Shown: piece after piece, positions 31,252 through 45,906 of the stretch
Layout of the letters: each line of letters begins with the position of its first letter
How positions within the stretch are numbered: position 1 is the stretch's first letter
Source of the DNA: Eledone cirrhosa
Lineage: Eukaryota
Length of the DNA stretch: 64,000 nt
Direction of reading: 5' to 3'
NCBI GenBank assembly: GCA_964016885.1
Contig: OZ024741.1
Location: forward strand, 399,404,001-399,468,000
Notes under the pieces: generated by a model
Told to the model about the DNA's origin: nothing
The model's database searches: none
What the model saw: only the letters and a program-made list of their open reading frames with translations
Translations under genes and position numbers: made by a program

Positions 31252-31693
31252 TGTATGGACCCATAGTTCCTCCTTTTCTTGTCCTCAGATATAGCTGATT
31301 TCTTCAGAGAAGGCGACAGAGAGAGAGAGTGTGTGTAAGGGAAAAGAGAGAGAGAGAGTGTGTGTGGGTGAGAAAGAGAGAGTAAGAATCGATCGCAGTA
31401 TTAGACTGGTATATTGTTTTATTGATCTGGAAAGGATGAAAGGTAAAGATATCAATGGGATTTGAATTGAGAGACCTCACACAGTTTGAACACCACAAAT
31501 CATTGCAGACAACATTGTAGTGATTTCGTCACCTCGTATGTATATACCACCACCACCACCACATAGATACTTAGTGATACAGAGAGAGAGAGAGAGAAAA
31601 GCGAGAGACAGTCAGAGTGATAGAGAGGATAAAGAGAGAGAGAGTGAGAAGGAAAAAAAGCGACAAAGAGAGAGAAGGAAAGAAAAACGAGAG

Positions 31694-31757
<64 letters not shown>

Positions 31758-32172
31758 AAGAGAGATAATAATTTATATATAAATAAGGAAACGATATATT
31801 TTACTCACTTCCGTCGTCCCTACACTTCTTTTTCTTCTTTCATTTTTACCGTCAATTGAAACTCTGCTAATTATATTCCCTTCTATTGTTTTTACTGTTT
31901 CTAACAGGTGTCAACTTTCAAGGACCTATCATGGCAATGCATTATAAATGGTTGTCTAATACGGGACAGAACCCTACACTATTTACAATATGCATTAGCC
32001 AGCTGGATAATCTCATGTCGTACTACCAATAACAAACTCCTCCAGCAAATGGAATAGCCAGATGTTACGGAATCTATTTCACGTCAGCTAAATCTACTTC
32101 TATTCTAGACTCTTCTCTCATCACACTTGTATGTTGGAAACCTTTTTTTATTTCTTCACAAAATGGGATAAT

Positions 32173-33020
32173 AAATTGTTTCTACTTTTGGCACAAGGCC
32201 AGCAAATACCTAGTACATTACTGGTACTTTATTTTATCGACCCCCGTAAGGATGAAAGGCAAAGTTAACCTCGGCGGGATTTGAACTCAGCCGGTAGAGG
32301 GACATAACTCTATGCTGGAAAGCATGACATCCGACACTCTACCGATACTGCCAATCCATGGATAATAGTGGTTTCTGATTTAGGCGCAAGGCCAACAATC
32401 TTGGGGAGGGAAAGTCGATTAAATCGATCCCAGTAAGGATGAAACGCAAAGATTTGAACTCAGAACGCAAAGGGACGTAACTATATGCTGCAAAGCATGG
32501 TGTCCGACGTTGTACTGATATTGCCAAATTGTTTCTGGTTTAACCAAAAGGCCAACGATTTCTTTTTTGGTGGGGATGGGAGTGTGTGTTTGTGTGTAGA
32601 AAATCGATTAAATCGACCCTAGTGCGTTCCTTCTACTATACTTTAATTTATCGACCACGTAAGGATGAAAGGCAAAGCTAACCTCGGCGTGATTTGAACT
32701 CAAAACACAAAGGGACGTAACTCTATGCCATAAAAAATGCTACTCGACGCTCTACCGCTCACCTTACACACAAATGTGATAATAATAATCATCATTAATG
32801 AGTCCCCAAAAAGGTAAGGAGATATGATGTTGGTGCCTTTCTCAGGGATATTGAATTCTAGTATATACACAAGGACACACATTTCTAGAAAAGTATTTAA
32901 CTTAATTTCCTGGACCCTGATACATGACTGGTACTCATTGTATTGACTGTAAAGAAAGGAAACGTTAAGTTGTTTTCCCCCGCAGAATTTTTATTTCGTA
33001 ATGTAAAGAGCTGAAACGAA
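32173..33020 (-). mobile_element. Cluster of 3-4 tandem SINE family 1 copies
   Basis: Copies at about 32173-32358, 32370-32526, 32527-32757 and a degenerate one at 32890-33020. Confidence 0.8.
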
Positions 33021-33682
33021 ATAGAGTAAGGAATTATTTCGTTTGTAACCACCATAGGCGCTGAGCTGGCCAGCCTCAGGTGTGAGCCTCGCAAACTGGA
33101 ATGGCTTTTCCAGCTCGTCTCTCTTACCGTACTCCGGGGAAACACCTCCATTATGTCCGCCAGGGCTGTGACGAGGCCACCAATATGATTGATTGACTTG
33201 TCATTTTATCAGTCAGATGTTCTAGTGACTCATGAATGGTGAGACTGTAGTCCATTGGTTGTAGTGTAGTTTGGTGTGTAAAGCAGTTACTAAGTGACTT
33301 AGTTATATACTTTACATTTGCTGGTCTATAATTGACTTCTCATTGTCAAAATTATCATCAAATATATTTTTGTGCATTATATCAATAAGGTTTCTAGCAA
33401 TACTTATTTGACTACATGTATGTACTTCTATTTAATCTTGTATATTTGTGAAGGCGTGTGGCTGAGTGGTTAGAGAATTGGATTCACAATCTTGAGATTG
33501 TGAGTTCGATTCTTGGACCGGGTGGTGCGTGATGACCTTGAGCAAGACACTTTATTTCACGTTGCTCCTTCTACCTGGAGTTGCGATCGATAGATAGTAT
33601 TAGCAATTAGAAAGACCAACGGAAACATTGTTTCCTCGATCCGAATTGACGAAAGTCGATCGATCCTTATATTTGTTATATG

Positions 33683-33870
33683 ATAATTGTTTCTACTTTT
33701 GGCACAAGGCCAGCAACTATCCCAGTGTATTACTGGTACTTTATTTTATCGACCCCGTAAGGATGAAAGCCAAAGTTAACCTCGGCGGGATTTGAACTAA
33801 GGGCATAAAGGGAGGTAACTCTATGCTTCAATGCATGGCGTCCGACCTTCTATCGATACTGCCAATCCAC
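33683..33870 (-). mobile_element. SINE family 1
   Basis: Family consensus match. Further copies at 35549-35727(-), 35790-35885(+), 42928-43108(+), 50630-50729(-), 55400-55503(+), 57441-57492(-). Confidence 0.88.
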
Positions 33871-34320
33871 CAATAAACGCTAACCTGTTCCTTGTAATTG
33901 TAACTCGGTTCTATCTTAGAATGGAATCTAGATGCCTTTACAATGAAGGTTAGCAGCCGGTATCCAGTGCTCGGTGTAAACGAGACTACAACAAAAATTC
34001 GGGTAAATAATTATTTAAAATTCTTTTACCCGAATTTTTGTTTTAGAGAAAGTCCTCAAATTTTATATAGCTTAGGGCCTCAGCAGGTGAAAGTCCGGCC
34101 CTGGTAAATAAATGTTATAACCTTTTGAATTAAAAGTTATTTCCTTTTAAATCATTATAGAATGTTAGGAGTTAATTAATTGACCCATTAAAACATCACT
34201 CCACAATAAACCGAATGGTTATAATGTTAAACTACCTGCCTCAAAATATTTGATTCTTGTTTTTGGTGTCTGCCAAAGTACCTCACAGCTCAGTCAGGAA
34301 TAGATTGCCAGCCTTTTTGA

Positions 34321-34615
34321 GATATTACCTGCGATGTAACAAAGCCCTAACTAAGGGTGACTTTACCTGAGATATTACCTGCGATATAATAAAGCCCTAT
34401 CTAAGGGTGACTTTACTTGCGATATTACCTGCGATATAATAAAGCCCTATCTAAGGGTGACTTTACTTGCGATATTACCTGCGATATAATAAAGTCCTAT
34501 CTAAGGGTGACTTTACTTGCGATATTACCTGCGATATAATAAAGTCCTATCTAAGGGTGACTTTACTTGCGATATTACCTGCGATATAATAAAGTCCTAT
34601 CTAAGGGTGACTTTA
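34321..34615. repeat. 50-bp tandem repeat x6
   Basis: gatattacctgcgat starts at 34321, 34371, 34421, 34471, 34521 and 34571. Confidence 0.95.
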
Positions 34616-34794
34616 GCTGTCAACTGTGTTACACTATAAAACCGAAGCTAATCATTGGCCTTCAAAATCACATTGAATCTTAGGAGCGATTTATGTTTAT
34701 AAATTCGTTCACTTACTCAAAATCCAACAAGAAATAGAAGCCAACTTACCATGAAATCGCACCCTAATGCTTTACTTAAAGAAAAGCAACATTA

Positions 34795-35195
34795 GATAAT
34801 GTATATGTAGCCAATCTCTCGGACTTTTACGAAGCACTGAGGATATAAATTTAATATAAAGAATGGTGTGCTCATGTGTGAAGATGATATGAAATAACTT
34901 ATAAAATGGGGTGAATACCCTTAAAGAAAGAAAACGAAGTTGCCATCGCTGTTATAAGGAATCGAACTCCATATCTCCTAGATACTGGCTAGGCACTTTA
35001 AACCATTAAACCAGTGACACCTCTTACTGTCTCAAATAAGATAGCTGTATCACAGATTTTAAGTATCAACAAACATTGTGTAAATGTAGCCGATTTCTCG
35101 GGCTTTTACGAAGCGCTGAGGGGACAAAGTTAATATAAAGAATGACGTGCTCATGCACAGGGATTCTATAAAATGGCTTATAGAGTAGGATGAAG
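34795..35195 (-). mobile_element. tRNA-like (Thr-AGT-like) head between ~120-bp direct repeats; probable SINE/pLTR relic
   Basis: Minus strand of 34957-35021: ggtgtcactggtttaatgg...cctag-ccAGTat-ctagg...ggagttcgattcc. tgtagcc...gtgctcatg repeats near 34806 and 35085. Confidence 0.5.
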
Positions 35196-36572
35196 CCCAA
35201 CCCCCACCTAAGATGGAAAAAGAAGCTGGCACTATAACCTGAATCCCATCGATAATAGATTTTTTGGGTTAGAGGTTTACCTTGGACTACACAATAATAA
35301 GTAAAGCTCCACTTATTCTGATAATGTCTCAGAATTATAAAAAAATGTCATAAGTATACTATTTCGTCTCTGATCTCATTATAAATTTGCATACCTTGTA
35401 GTAAGTCTGTTGTAACTGATACTATGTAAATAAAGTGTGTTTGGAGATGACGTAAGCGATAAATGGTAGAGGGGAGGGTTGTAAGGCAATGCAAACAGAG
35501 TAGAACAGTGGACATGATATAGAATGGATAGAGAGTCAAGTTTATATAATAATTGTTTCTACATTTGGCACAAGGCCAGCAATTATCCCAGTGCATTACT
35601 TGGTACTTTATTTTATCAACCCCGTAAGGATGAAAGGCAAAGTTAACCTCGGCAGGATTTGAACTCAGATCCTAAAGGGACGTAACTATGCTGGAAAGCA
35701 TGTCAGACCCTCTACCGATACTGCCAATAATAATGGCGGATTATTATCAGCTATCAGACAATGTATAGGCAGCAAAATGGCAAAGTCATTGGAATGCTTT
35801 GCTCTCTGAGTTCAAATCCCGCCGAGGTCAAATTTGTCTTTCAACCTTTCGAGGTCGATAAAAAAAGTACCAGTCAAATACTGGGGTTGTTGTTTTCCTC
35901 TCTATCCCTTTCTAACTCTCTATCCTTCTCTGGAATAAATCTGCTGTATTCAGACCTGGTGAGGAGATGGTCTCCGCCAGGTTCTAAAATGCGCAAGAGA
36001 CGCTGTATCGAGATACGGCGCCCCTACGACTCCCTTAGAATTTACGGGTCCCTACAACAGACAATGTACTCTACTGTGTAATGTTATACCATTTGGTACA
36101 AGGCTTCGCTCGGAATCGAATCAATTTACTAGTAATTATGACTCTTAAACATACTTTAGAAGACATATTTCTTTCTTTGTTGTTGTTATTGCTGTTGTTG
36201 TTATTGCTGTTGTTGTTTAGCTGCAGCTAGAATCTTATTGAGCTGATCTATGATAAATGGTGCACTCACCGTGACCATCCCGCCGTGACCATCCCACCGT
36301 GACCACCCCACCTTCTTTTTACTCCAGGAACTACATTGTCTACAAACTTTTTACTTATTATACGACTGTATGGTTGCGATAATTAGAAGATTTAACTTCT
36401 ATTTCGTGCAAATCGAAAAACCGTATGGAAGTCCTCTCGTGATGTTAATATTGTTGTTATTGTTGCTGTGTTTATTGTTGTTATGGTTCCATTCAGTTCT
36501 GCTTTAGTAAATCTTTTGTATACTTTTCTTTGGGCATTAGTGATAAGAATGATGGCGATCCTACAACTGCCC

Positions 36573-37049
36573 CAGGACCTGTGCTAGACTTACCTATAAG
36601 CTAAATAAACTATAGCTTAGGGCCACGTGCACTCGGGGGACTCATCTTTTATCATTTTATTATTTTTAAATTATGCTTCATTTTTAATAAAAATTTATAC
36701 AAATAGACAAAATTTATGATTTTTAAAAATATATATAAAAAAATAATAAAGAAACCTTCACACAGAAACACAATCTGCAATAAGCAGCGCCGAGGTTTCC
36801 CTCTCAGTACTGAATAAGCTATAGCTAAGGGCCACACACCCTCGGGAGCCTCATTTTAAAAATATATCTTAATCATTAGATTTTATACTTAAACACAAAA
36901 TTTACTTAAAAGGAACATTTTGTAATCATTTATAAATAGTAATCATGGATAATTATTTATTTAAATATTTTTACCCGAATTCCTTTTTTTTAGAAAAGGG
37001 CCTCAAATCTCATATAGTTAGGGCCTCAGTTGGTGAAAGTCCGGCCCTG
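36573..37049. mobile_element. Probable hAT-type MITE; its right end is also present at 34005-34103
   Basis: Ends caggacc... / ...ccggccctg (CAGGGCCGG-type TIR); internal ctatagct(t/a)agggcc repeats; no clean TSD. Confidence 0.5.
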
Positions 37050-37139
37050 ATCAGGAGTTACGTGTTCATACATACTTTATGTAACAAAAGTAAAGTTGGT
37101 TGATGTAATGAACTATATATGTGGTTTGTATTTTTTTAC

Positions 37140-37385
37140 TGAATGGGGGCATGTGGTTAGAATGTGTCAGAAAATAATCGCTGGACAGATTTTACTGGCA
37201 AAATTAACCGGCAGGGACCCAGGGGTAGACAACGAACAAGATGGTTGGATAACATCCATGAGCTTGGCTGGTCTCGCTTGGGTATCCAGCCAGATCAGTT
37301 GGAGATGGTTGCTTCTGACATGACCCACTGGAAGGAGTGTTTGAGTACTCTGTACATCACTACCCTCTTAAGAAGAAGAAGAGGT
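37140..37385 (+). mobile_element. RTE LINE 3' fragment
   Basis: WGHVVRM...PRGRQRTRWLDNIHELGW...DMTHWK; (GAA)n tail. A related copy lies at 60230-60545(-). Confidence 0.75.
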
Positions 37386-39599
37386 ATCTGTTATATCTGT
37401 GGGGAAGGATCTGTATCTGTGTAGTTGTACCTGTTGCCGCTCAAACCTGTTCCAGTAAACCTTATATACCTATCTTTAACTTTATACTTTCTTTAAATAT
37501 TAATTTGTGTCAATTGTTGGTGTTTATCGTGGAGAGCGAAATGTTATGCCTGTTGTTGTTGTTGTCGTTTATGTCTGTGTTGAAATCTTAGACTTTGCAA
37601 CACTACACATATACACACACACTCACACAAACATATACACACATACTCACGCATACACATACAGATATACAAACATATACACACATACTCACACAAACAC
37701 TCCCTCCCCCAGACAAGTAAATACACACATGTACAAACACAAGCACACATACACGAAGATACATTTACACAGAAACACACAAACCCACCCACACACGCAT
37801 AAACGTCCCACCCATACATAAACACAAACAAGCGCAAGCACCCATAGACACACAAACACACAAACATTCCCTCCCCCACACAAACACATACACACACACA
37901 CACAGACATACACATACAAACACAAACACATATACAAATGCATACATACACAAACACACTCACACAAACACTCCCTACCATCACATAAGCACATACACGC
38001 ACAAAAACACACATAAACCCATACACAAACGCCCACACACACAAACAAGCATCCATATACATACAAACATATACATACAAACATATACACACAAACATAT
38101 ATGCACACACACAAACATTCCTTCCCCTCACATAAGCACATACACCCACAAACACACACACACACATACACAAACACACCTTCCCCTCACACAAGCACAT
38201 ACACAAACGTACACATAAACACACGTAAACACAAACACACGTAAACACATGCACAAACACACACATAAACACACGTAAACACATACACAAACACCCGTAA
38301 AAACATACACACACACGTAAACACATACAGAAACACAGAAATGCCACCCCCAGCCTTCCCCCACATATATATGTTACATGATGTGAGTAAGTAAAAGAGA
38401 AACTGGGAGAGTTGTAAGTTTATATTTAGAAAATAGAATGACATTGTAAACGACAGAATAGTCAGACAAAGAAATCCCTGGTGTGTTTTGAGTTCGTCTC
38501 TCGTCTGGGTCACTGTATGTTTTCAGTTTTGGAACAAGATTGACAGGTTTGCTTTAATGGTGGCAAATATATTTGGTGCTCCTGTATCATAGGATCAAAT
38601 AGAATCAATCTAATTTAATATAATCTGGCCAAGTTACACTCGCAAATAAGAAGAACCAGGCCGCCCCTAGGAGTATTGGATTTGGTGTACTTCATATTTG
38701 TTTTGGTTGCTGAATACAATCAAGGGTCGCTGCTTCTCCTGAAGGTCAATAGTTCTCTTCTAACTCGAGCGGGAGCGCCTTTCCATTGTTAATTTGCATT
38801 GATTATCTGCAAAGCCCCATTGTTCTCAGAACCACAACACCAGTCTTTCGATGCGTGCAGCTGGAACTACTGCCACCCATTGATTTGGAAGGATCGCAAC
38901 TCATTTCTACAGCTGAGTAAACTGGAGCAACGTGCAATAAAGTGTCTTACTCAAGGACACAACACATTACTCGGTCCGAGAATCGAACTCACAACCTTTC
39001 CATTGCAAGTCCAATGCTCTAACCACTAAGCCATGCGCCTTCACATAGAATAAGACTGCTCCTTAACTTTTCATCTAGGAGTCCTTATTTTAGATGTATC
39101 CAGTCCCTTTGTCTTTTTAACTCTGTTATCTATAATGGTGGCAAATATATCTTGTATTCATGGGATCATATAGAATAAATATTTTCCTTAACTTTTCATC
39201 TAGGAATCCTAATTTTAGATATATCCAGTCTCTTTGCCTTTTTAACCTCGTTATTTATTAAACTGAAGGCATGGGTATTATTTTTGTTTAAAAAACCTCG
39301 AAGTTCCTCAAGACGAATTTTCTGAAGATCTGGTACCCCACAATTACATATATTCGTCATTCAGTATAGAACGTTCCGTTCGGTGTGTGACGGGTGACAT
39401 CAATGAAATATTAGTGTCTTTATGTATATTTTTGTAAAATATCATTTTTGTAATGGCGGTACAAAATTTTATAATAAAAAAATGTGCAACAATAATAGTT
39501 CTTTCTCTCTGGTTTCTCTTGCAAAACTAATGAATGGGAGTTGGGCGTTGAAAATATGAAATGTTGGTCGTTCGTTTTTTGGTGCTTTTGTTTCAAAGC

Positions 39600-39795
39600 G
39601 GGAAAAGACAACATTTTTAACATTGACTGACCAACAGTAAAAAATATAGATATAAATATACATATATAGTCTAATATAGTCTAACAAAGTTCTTTCGTTG
39701 CACATCTGCAACATCATCAGTGGTATTATTATCGTGTTTCCCCTACTGTATTGTATTGTAATGTCTACGCCATTTTTATTTTAAAGAACTTTGTT

Positions 39796-39834
<39 letters not shown>

Positions 39835-40170
39835 TTCTGACCGTTGGTCAGTCAATGATAAACATTGATGGCCAAATGAATTAACTATGGAGATATAAAA
39901 GATGCAGAAGCGAAAACCAACCAAACAGTGAGTGTGGGATTGGCAGTATTGGTAGAGGGTCGGGCGCCATGCTTTGAAGCATAGAGTTACCTCCCTTTAT
40001 GATCTGAGTTCAAATCCCACCGAGGTTAATTTTGCCTTTCATCCTTACGGGGTCGATAAATTAAAGTACCAGTAATGTACTGGAATAATTGCTGGCCTGG
40101 TACCAAAAGTAGAAACAATTATTTCTGGCAATATTATTACAACAATATGATCCTCCCCAAGTATAACAAT
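39600..40170. mobile_element. Family B fold-back pLTR element interrupted by a SINE family 1 insertion (39937-40121)
   Basis: Inverted arms atagtctaacaaagttcttt (~39676-39695) / aaagaactttgttagactat (39783-39802). The sequence continues after the SINE as in the reverse complement of 25160-25230. Confidence 0.7.
39683..39724 (-). ncRNA. Hammerhead motif (family B)
   Basis: acca-CTGATGA-t-gttgca-gatg-tgcaac-GAAA-gaac-TT-tgtt. Confidence 0.65.
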
Positions 40171-40364
40171 ATATATATATAATTGTTTCTATTTTAGGCA
40201 CAAGGCCAGCAATTACCCAGTACATTATTTGTACTTTATTTTATCGACCCCGTAAGGATGAAAGGCAAAGTTAACCTCGGCGGGATTTGAACTCAGATCA
40301 TAAAGGGAGTAACTCTATGCTTCAAAGCATGGTGTCCGACTCGCTACCGATACTGCCAATCCAC
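39937..40364. mobile_element. Tail-to-tail SINE family 1 pair (39937-40121 plus; 40180-40364 minus)
   Basis: Both near full length; ~60-bp spacer. Confidence 0.88.
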
Positions 40365-40775
40365 AATAACATAATAACATTACAAATATAATGTCGTTGA
40401 TAAACACAAATATAAACACACATAACAAATACAACCATCGCTGGGAACCTCACCAACACAACACGAGAGTGAGAGAAAGAATAAAATAAAATAAATAATA
40501 ATAAAAAAAATAAAAAGAGACAAAAAGAAGAAAGAAAATAAAGAAGGAAGCAAAAACAAGTGACAATCGGTCACACACCATAAGGGTAGAATAGAAAATA
40601 TTTTAGAATAAATGCAGAAATGAAGTATAAAAGAAAAAAATAAATATAATATATTGTATAGAGCGTCTGTACTATAAAAAGTATTATATTGGGCAGACTG
40701 TTAATTCTGTGTGTGAAAGAGTCAAAATGAATAAATAACAGACACGAAAACCGGAACTAAGGGAAATCCTATTAA

Positions 40776-40977
40776 CCCTTTAGCAATTACATTACACTAT
40801 ATTTACTATTGTATTTTCACTGTAAAGGCTTTATCTCACATAATATCGAATCTATGAAATTTTGATATTATTTGTTTTGTGAACAATACCTTAATATCAG
40901 TGTGAGTGGCCAGTTACGGCCGGTTTGAACAGAAAGAGGTGAGAGAATACTGGCCAGATAAACAGCCGGTTTAAATG
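40776..40977. mobile_element. piggyBac-type MITE (right end truncated)
   Basis: TTAA-ccctttagca...; homologous to 45591-45808. Confidence 0.7.
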
Positions 40978-41309
40978 AACAATTAGAAATTTGCGGCAAA
41001 AATCAAATTGATAATATTCCTCTTTATATATATTCAACAAATTATCCAAAGTATTGTCTAGTAATGGAGAAATATTTTATATAGAAATTCACTCCGAAAC
41101 TAAACTATCCCGAAGAGATGCGCAAGAGATGCGGAACTACACATACAGAACTTCCGGTTTGACTATCCCATCAATAACAATCAAATTTATATCTTGATAA
41201 GTCTCTTGGAAGACGATTACACGAGATTCACATTATAAACAATCGTTTAGTATATTATATTAAATATATCATTCTATACACAACAAAAGTCATGTATCTC
41301 TCTCTCTCC

Positions 41310-41387
<78 letters not shown>

Positions 41388-41485
41388 CTATATATGTATG
41401 TGTAAAAGATAAACAGAAATAACACAATCGGTACAGTATATGGAAGGAATATATTAGGTTAACGCTTGAAATAGCAGGAAGAGGG

Positions 41486-41521
41486 TCTTAACGTTTCGGG
41501 CGCTAGTCCTTCATCAGAAGA
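41486..41521 (-). ncRNA. Minimal hammerhead
   Basis: tctt-CTGATGA-a-ggac-tagc-gccc-GAAACGTT-aaga. Confidence 0.75.
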
Positions 41522-41702
41522 AAGAATGAGAAATAAGATAGATTGAGGGGACGGGCGGGATGGAATTTAAAAAAATGTCTTTAGATAAAAACTAACAGGT
41601 CCATTCATGTTGACATGCATAAAGTGAACGGAAACAACAAAGCAAACAGCTCAGTACAATGAGAAATATATTAGGTTAACGCTTGAAAAAGCAGGAAGAG
41701 GG

Positions 41703-41737
41703 TCTTAACGTTTCGACACGAGTCCTTCGTCAGAAGA
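41703..41737 (-). ncRNA. Minimal hammerhead
   Basis: tctt-CTGACGA-ag-gac-tcgt-gtc-GAAACGTT-aaga. Confidence 0.75.
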
Positions 41738-42082
41738 TAGAATGAGAAATAAAAGATGAAATAGAGAGATAGAGAGTGAGAAGTGGAAGGAACGGAGAAA
41801 AGATTTCTTAAGAAAAACCACGTGTGTATTCAGTCTGTCAAATATATGCGCATATGTATGTATGTATGTATGTATGTATACACGCATATACATGCACACA
41901 CAACGCCCAAGTGCAAGCGTAGTCCTGCGGTTAGGACGTGCGTTTCGCAAACATGTGGTTATTGTGTTTGAACACACAGCGTCGTACATGCGCAAAATGT
42001 CTTATTGCAATCTCGGGTTGACCAATTCTCTGTGATTAGAATTTTGTAGTCAGAAACTGTACAGAAACCCAGTGTGAATCTC

Positions 42083-42156
<74 letters not shown>

Positions 42157-42644
42157 ATATATAATATATATAATATATATAATATATATATATAATATAT
42201 ATAATATATATATATAATATATATATATAATATATATATAATATATATATATATAATATATATATAATATATATATAATATATATATAATATATATATAT
42301 AATATATATATAATATATATATATAATATATATATAATATATATATATACTATATATATATATAATATATAATATATATATATAATATATATATATAATA
42401 TATATATAATATATATATATAATATATATATAATATATATATAATATATATATAATATATATATATACTATATATATATATAATATATAATATATATATA
42501 TAATATATATATAATATATATATATACTATAATATATATATATAATATATATATAATATATATATAATATATATATATAATATATATATAATATATATAT
42601 ATAATATATATATAATATATATATATACTATATATATATATACT

Positions 42645-42678
<34 letters not shown>

Positions 42679-42802
42679 CTATATATATATATATATATAT
42701 ATACACACTATATATATATATATATAATATATATAATATATATATATAATATATATAATATATATATATATACACACTATATATATATATATATATAATA
42801 TA

Positions 42803-42870
<68 letters not shown>

Positions 42871-43938
42871 TATATAATATATATATAATATATATATACT
42901 ATATAAGTGTTCATCAATTACTTTACTGGATTGGCAGTATCGGCAGAGAGTCGGACGCCATGCTTTGCAGCAAAGAGTTACGGTCCTCCACGGTTTGAGT
43001 TCAAATCCCGTCAGGGTTAACTTTGCCTTTCATCCTTACAGGGTCGACATAAAGTACCAGTAATGTACTGGAAAAATTGCTGGCCTTGTGCCAAAAGTAG
43101 AAACAATTAATTTATATATTATGTGTGTGTGTGTGTGTATATATATATATACACTCAAACATAATATATATGCATCTCTAATTACATATATGTCGATATG
43201 TGTATATATAAAATATGTATATAAAATGTATATAATAAGTAGCCATGTACATGTACATGGCTTTGACCGTCTCTCATTCTTCTACATCAACACACACGTT
43301 GGTCCCGGTAGACTGACAGGCTGGATTACTGAGAGAGAGAGGGGATAGGGGAGAGAGGGGAGGATAAAGGGAAAAAGAGAGAAGGAAAGAAAGATAGAAA
43401 AAGAAAGACAGAGGGAAAGAGAAATAAAGAGAGAAAGAGAGAGAGAGAAAGAGAGAGAAAGAAAGCAAGAAAGACAGAGAAAACGAGAAAGACAGAGAGA
43501 AAGAGAGAAAGGAAGAGAGAAATAAAGCAAGAAAGACAGAGAGAAAGACAGAGAGAAAGAAAGCAAGAAAGACAGAGAAAAAGAGAGAAATAAAGGGAGA
43601 AAGGAAGAGAGAAAGAAAGCAAGAAAGACAGAGAGAAAGACAGAGAAAGAAGCAAGAAAAAGAGAGAAAGGAAGAGAGAAAGAAAGCAAGAAAGACAGAG
43701 AGAAACACAGAGAGAAAGAGAGAGAGAGAGAAAGAAAGAGACAAAGCGATAAGGAGGGAAGGCAACAATGAAGGAGGTGATGTGCAGAAGTAGCAGGAAT
43801 ATGCTGAAATGAAGAAAATAAAAATGTGCCAAATCTTTTAGCTTTGAGATTTTTTATTTTAATTTTGTAAATTTTTATGGAACAAACACATGTATATAAT
43901 TGGAGATATGTGATATAAACATTTAACTGATTCACATT

Positions 43939-43992
<54 letters not shown>

Positions 43993-44022
43993 GCTTAGAC
44001 ACTTATATATACACAGGCCTAG

Positions 44023-44083
<61 letters not shown>

Positions 44084-44156
44084 TAGAGGCTTAGACACAT
44101 ATATACACACAGGCCTAGACACACACACAGATATATATATATATATACACACACAG

Positions 44157-44830
44157 ACCGCGAGACAGACCGCGAGACAGACTGTGAGACAGACCGTGAG
44201 ACAGACTGTGAGACAGACCGTGAGACAGACTGTGAGACAGACTGTGAGACAGACCGTGAGACAGACTGTGAGACAGACTGTGAGACAGACCGTGAGACAG
44301 ACCGTGAGACACACCATGAGACAGACTGTGAGACAGACCGTGAGACAGACTGTGAGACAGACTGTGAGACAGATCGTGAGACAGACCGTGAGACACACCA
44401 TGAGACAGACTGTGAGACAGACTGTGAGACAGACCGTGAGACAGACCGTGAGACGGACCGTGAGACAGACCATGAGACAGACTGTGAGACAGACCGTGAG
44501 ACAGACTGTGAGACAGACTGTGAGACAGACCATGAGACAGACTGTGAGACACACCGTGAGACAGACCGTGAGACAGACTGTGAGACAGACTGTGAGACAG
44601 ACCATGAGACAGACTGTGAGACACACCGTGAGACAGACCGTGAGACAGACTGTGAGACAGACTGTGAGACAGACCGTGAGACAGACCGTGAGACAGACCG
44701 TGAGACAGACTGTGAGACACACCATGAGACAGACCGTGAGACAGACCGTGAGACAGACCGTGAGACAGACTGTGAGACAGACTGTGAGACAGACCGTGAG
44801 ACAGACCACGAGACAAACCGTGAGACAGAC
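44157..44830. repeat. 12-bp minisatellite (gtgagacagacY), about 56 copies
   Basis: Direct inspection; source of the RQTV/SRSV/LTVC ORFs. Confidence 0.95.
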
Positions 44831-45318
44831 CTATACAAAGCTGTACTATATGACATTTAGTTTGAATATTTATTGAAGTGACGAGGAGATAGGACGAGAC
44901 TTGGAGGTAGAGGGGAGATATGGGGGGAAGGAGGGGGATAGAAAAGGAGAGAGGAGGAGGAGAAAGGGAGAAAAAGATGGAGAGAGAGAAAGTGGTAGAG
45001 GACGAGAGGGCAGAAGAAGAAGAAGAGAGAGAGAGAGGGGGGATAGAGAGAATAAAAGAGAATGAGAGAGAATGAGAGAGAGAGAGACAGGAGGATAGAG
45101 AGAATAAGAGACAATGAGAGACAATGAGAGAGAGACAGTGAGAGTGGGCAAGCGAGAGAGAGAGAGAGAAAGAGTGGGAGAGAGAGAGGGGGTGGATGAG
45201 AGAGTGGGAATAAGCGAGAAAGTGTGAAAGTGAGAGAGTCTGTGAAAGAGACTAAGTGAGAAAGAGAGAGAGAGAGAGAGTGAGAGGGAGTGAGAGGGAG
45301 TGAGAGAGAGATTGTGAA

Positions 45319-45360
<42 letters not shown>

Positions 45361-45590
45361 TGAGAGAGAGATTGTGAAGTGAGAGGGAATGTAAGAGTGA
45401 GAGACAGAGAGGGGGGTGAGAAAGATTGTGAAAGTGAGAGGGAGTGTAAGAGAGAGAGAGAGACAGAGAGAGAGAGAGGGGGTGTATGAGGTGGGAGTTG
45501 GGTAGGTGAGGAGGGAGAACTTGAAAAAGTTGATGTTTCAAGAGTAAGTTGACAAATTCTTTTACGATTGGAGTAAAAATCATTTTTTAA

Positions 45591-45808
45591 ACCTTTACCA
45601 TTTACATTACTCTATATTTACTATTGTATTTCTGTGGGAAAAGCTTTACCTCACATTATCTCACATAATATTGTATCTATGAGATTTTGATATTATTTAC
45701 TTTGAGAACAATACTATAACGTCTGTATGAATGGCCAGCTACAGCTGGTTTGAACAGAAAGAATTGAAGGATTTCTGTCTTGATATGGCCGGTTTAAATG
45801 CTAAAGGG
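45591..45808. mobile_element. piggyBac-type MITE with TTAA TSD
   Basis: ttaa|acctttaccattta ... taaatgctaaaggg|ttaa. Confidence 0.75.
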
Positions 45809-45906
45809 TTAAATTATATACAACAAACTACAGAAAAATATATTTTAAAAATAAAAAATCAATAGTATAAACACATGTTAGATTTATTTCTGAAGTTGTT
45901 ACTTAC

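Larger units (their letters stand above)
41403..41770 (-). mobile_element. Tandem pair of family A pLTR units, each with a hammerhead
   Basis: The motif attaggttaacgcttgaaa...gagggtcttaacgtttcg occurs twice, ~217 bp apart. Confidence 0.8.

Noticed and set aside
31907-32129. Plus-strand exon-like segment with AG/GT signals (also 3269-3397)
   Set aside because: Stops in all three frames; could be non-coding exons but cannot be supported from sequence alone.
34957-35021. Functional tRNA-Thr gene
   Set aside because: Acceptor stem does not pair and it is embedded in a repeat; treated as a SINE-like head.
43282-44876. 524-aa SRSV and 230-aa RQTV repeat ORFs
   Set aside because: A 12-bp minisatellite open in several frames on both strands; no splice or codon evidence.
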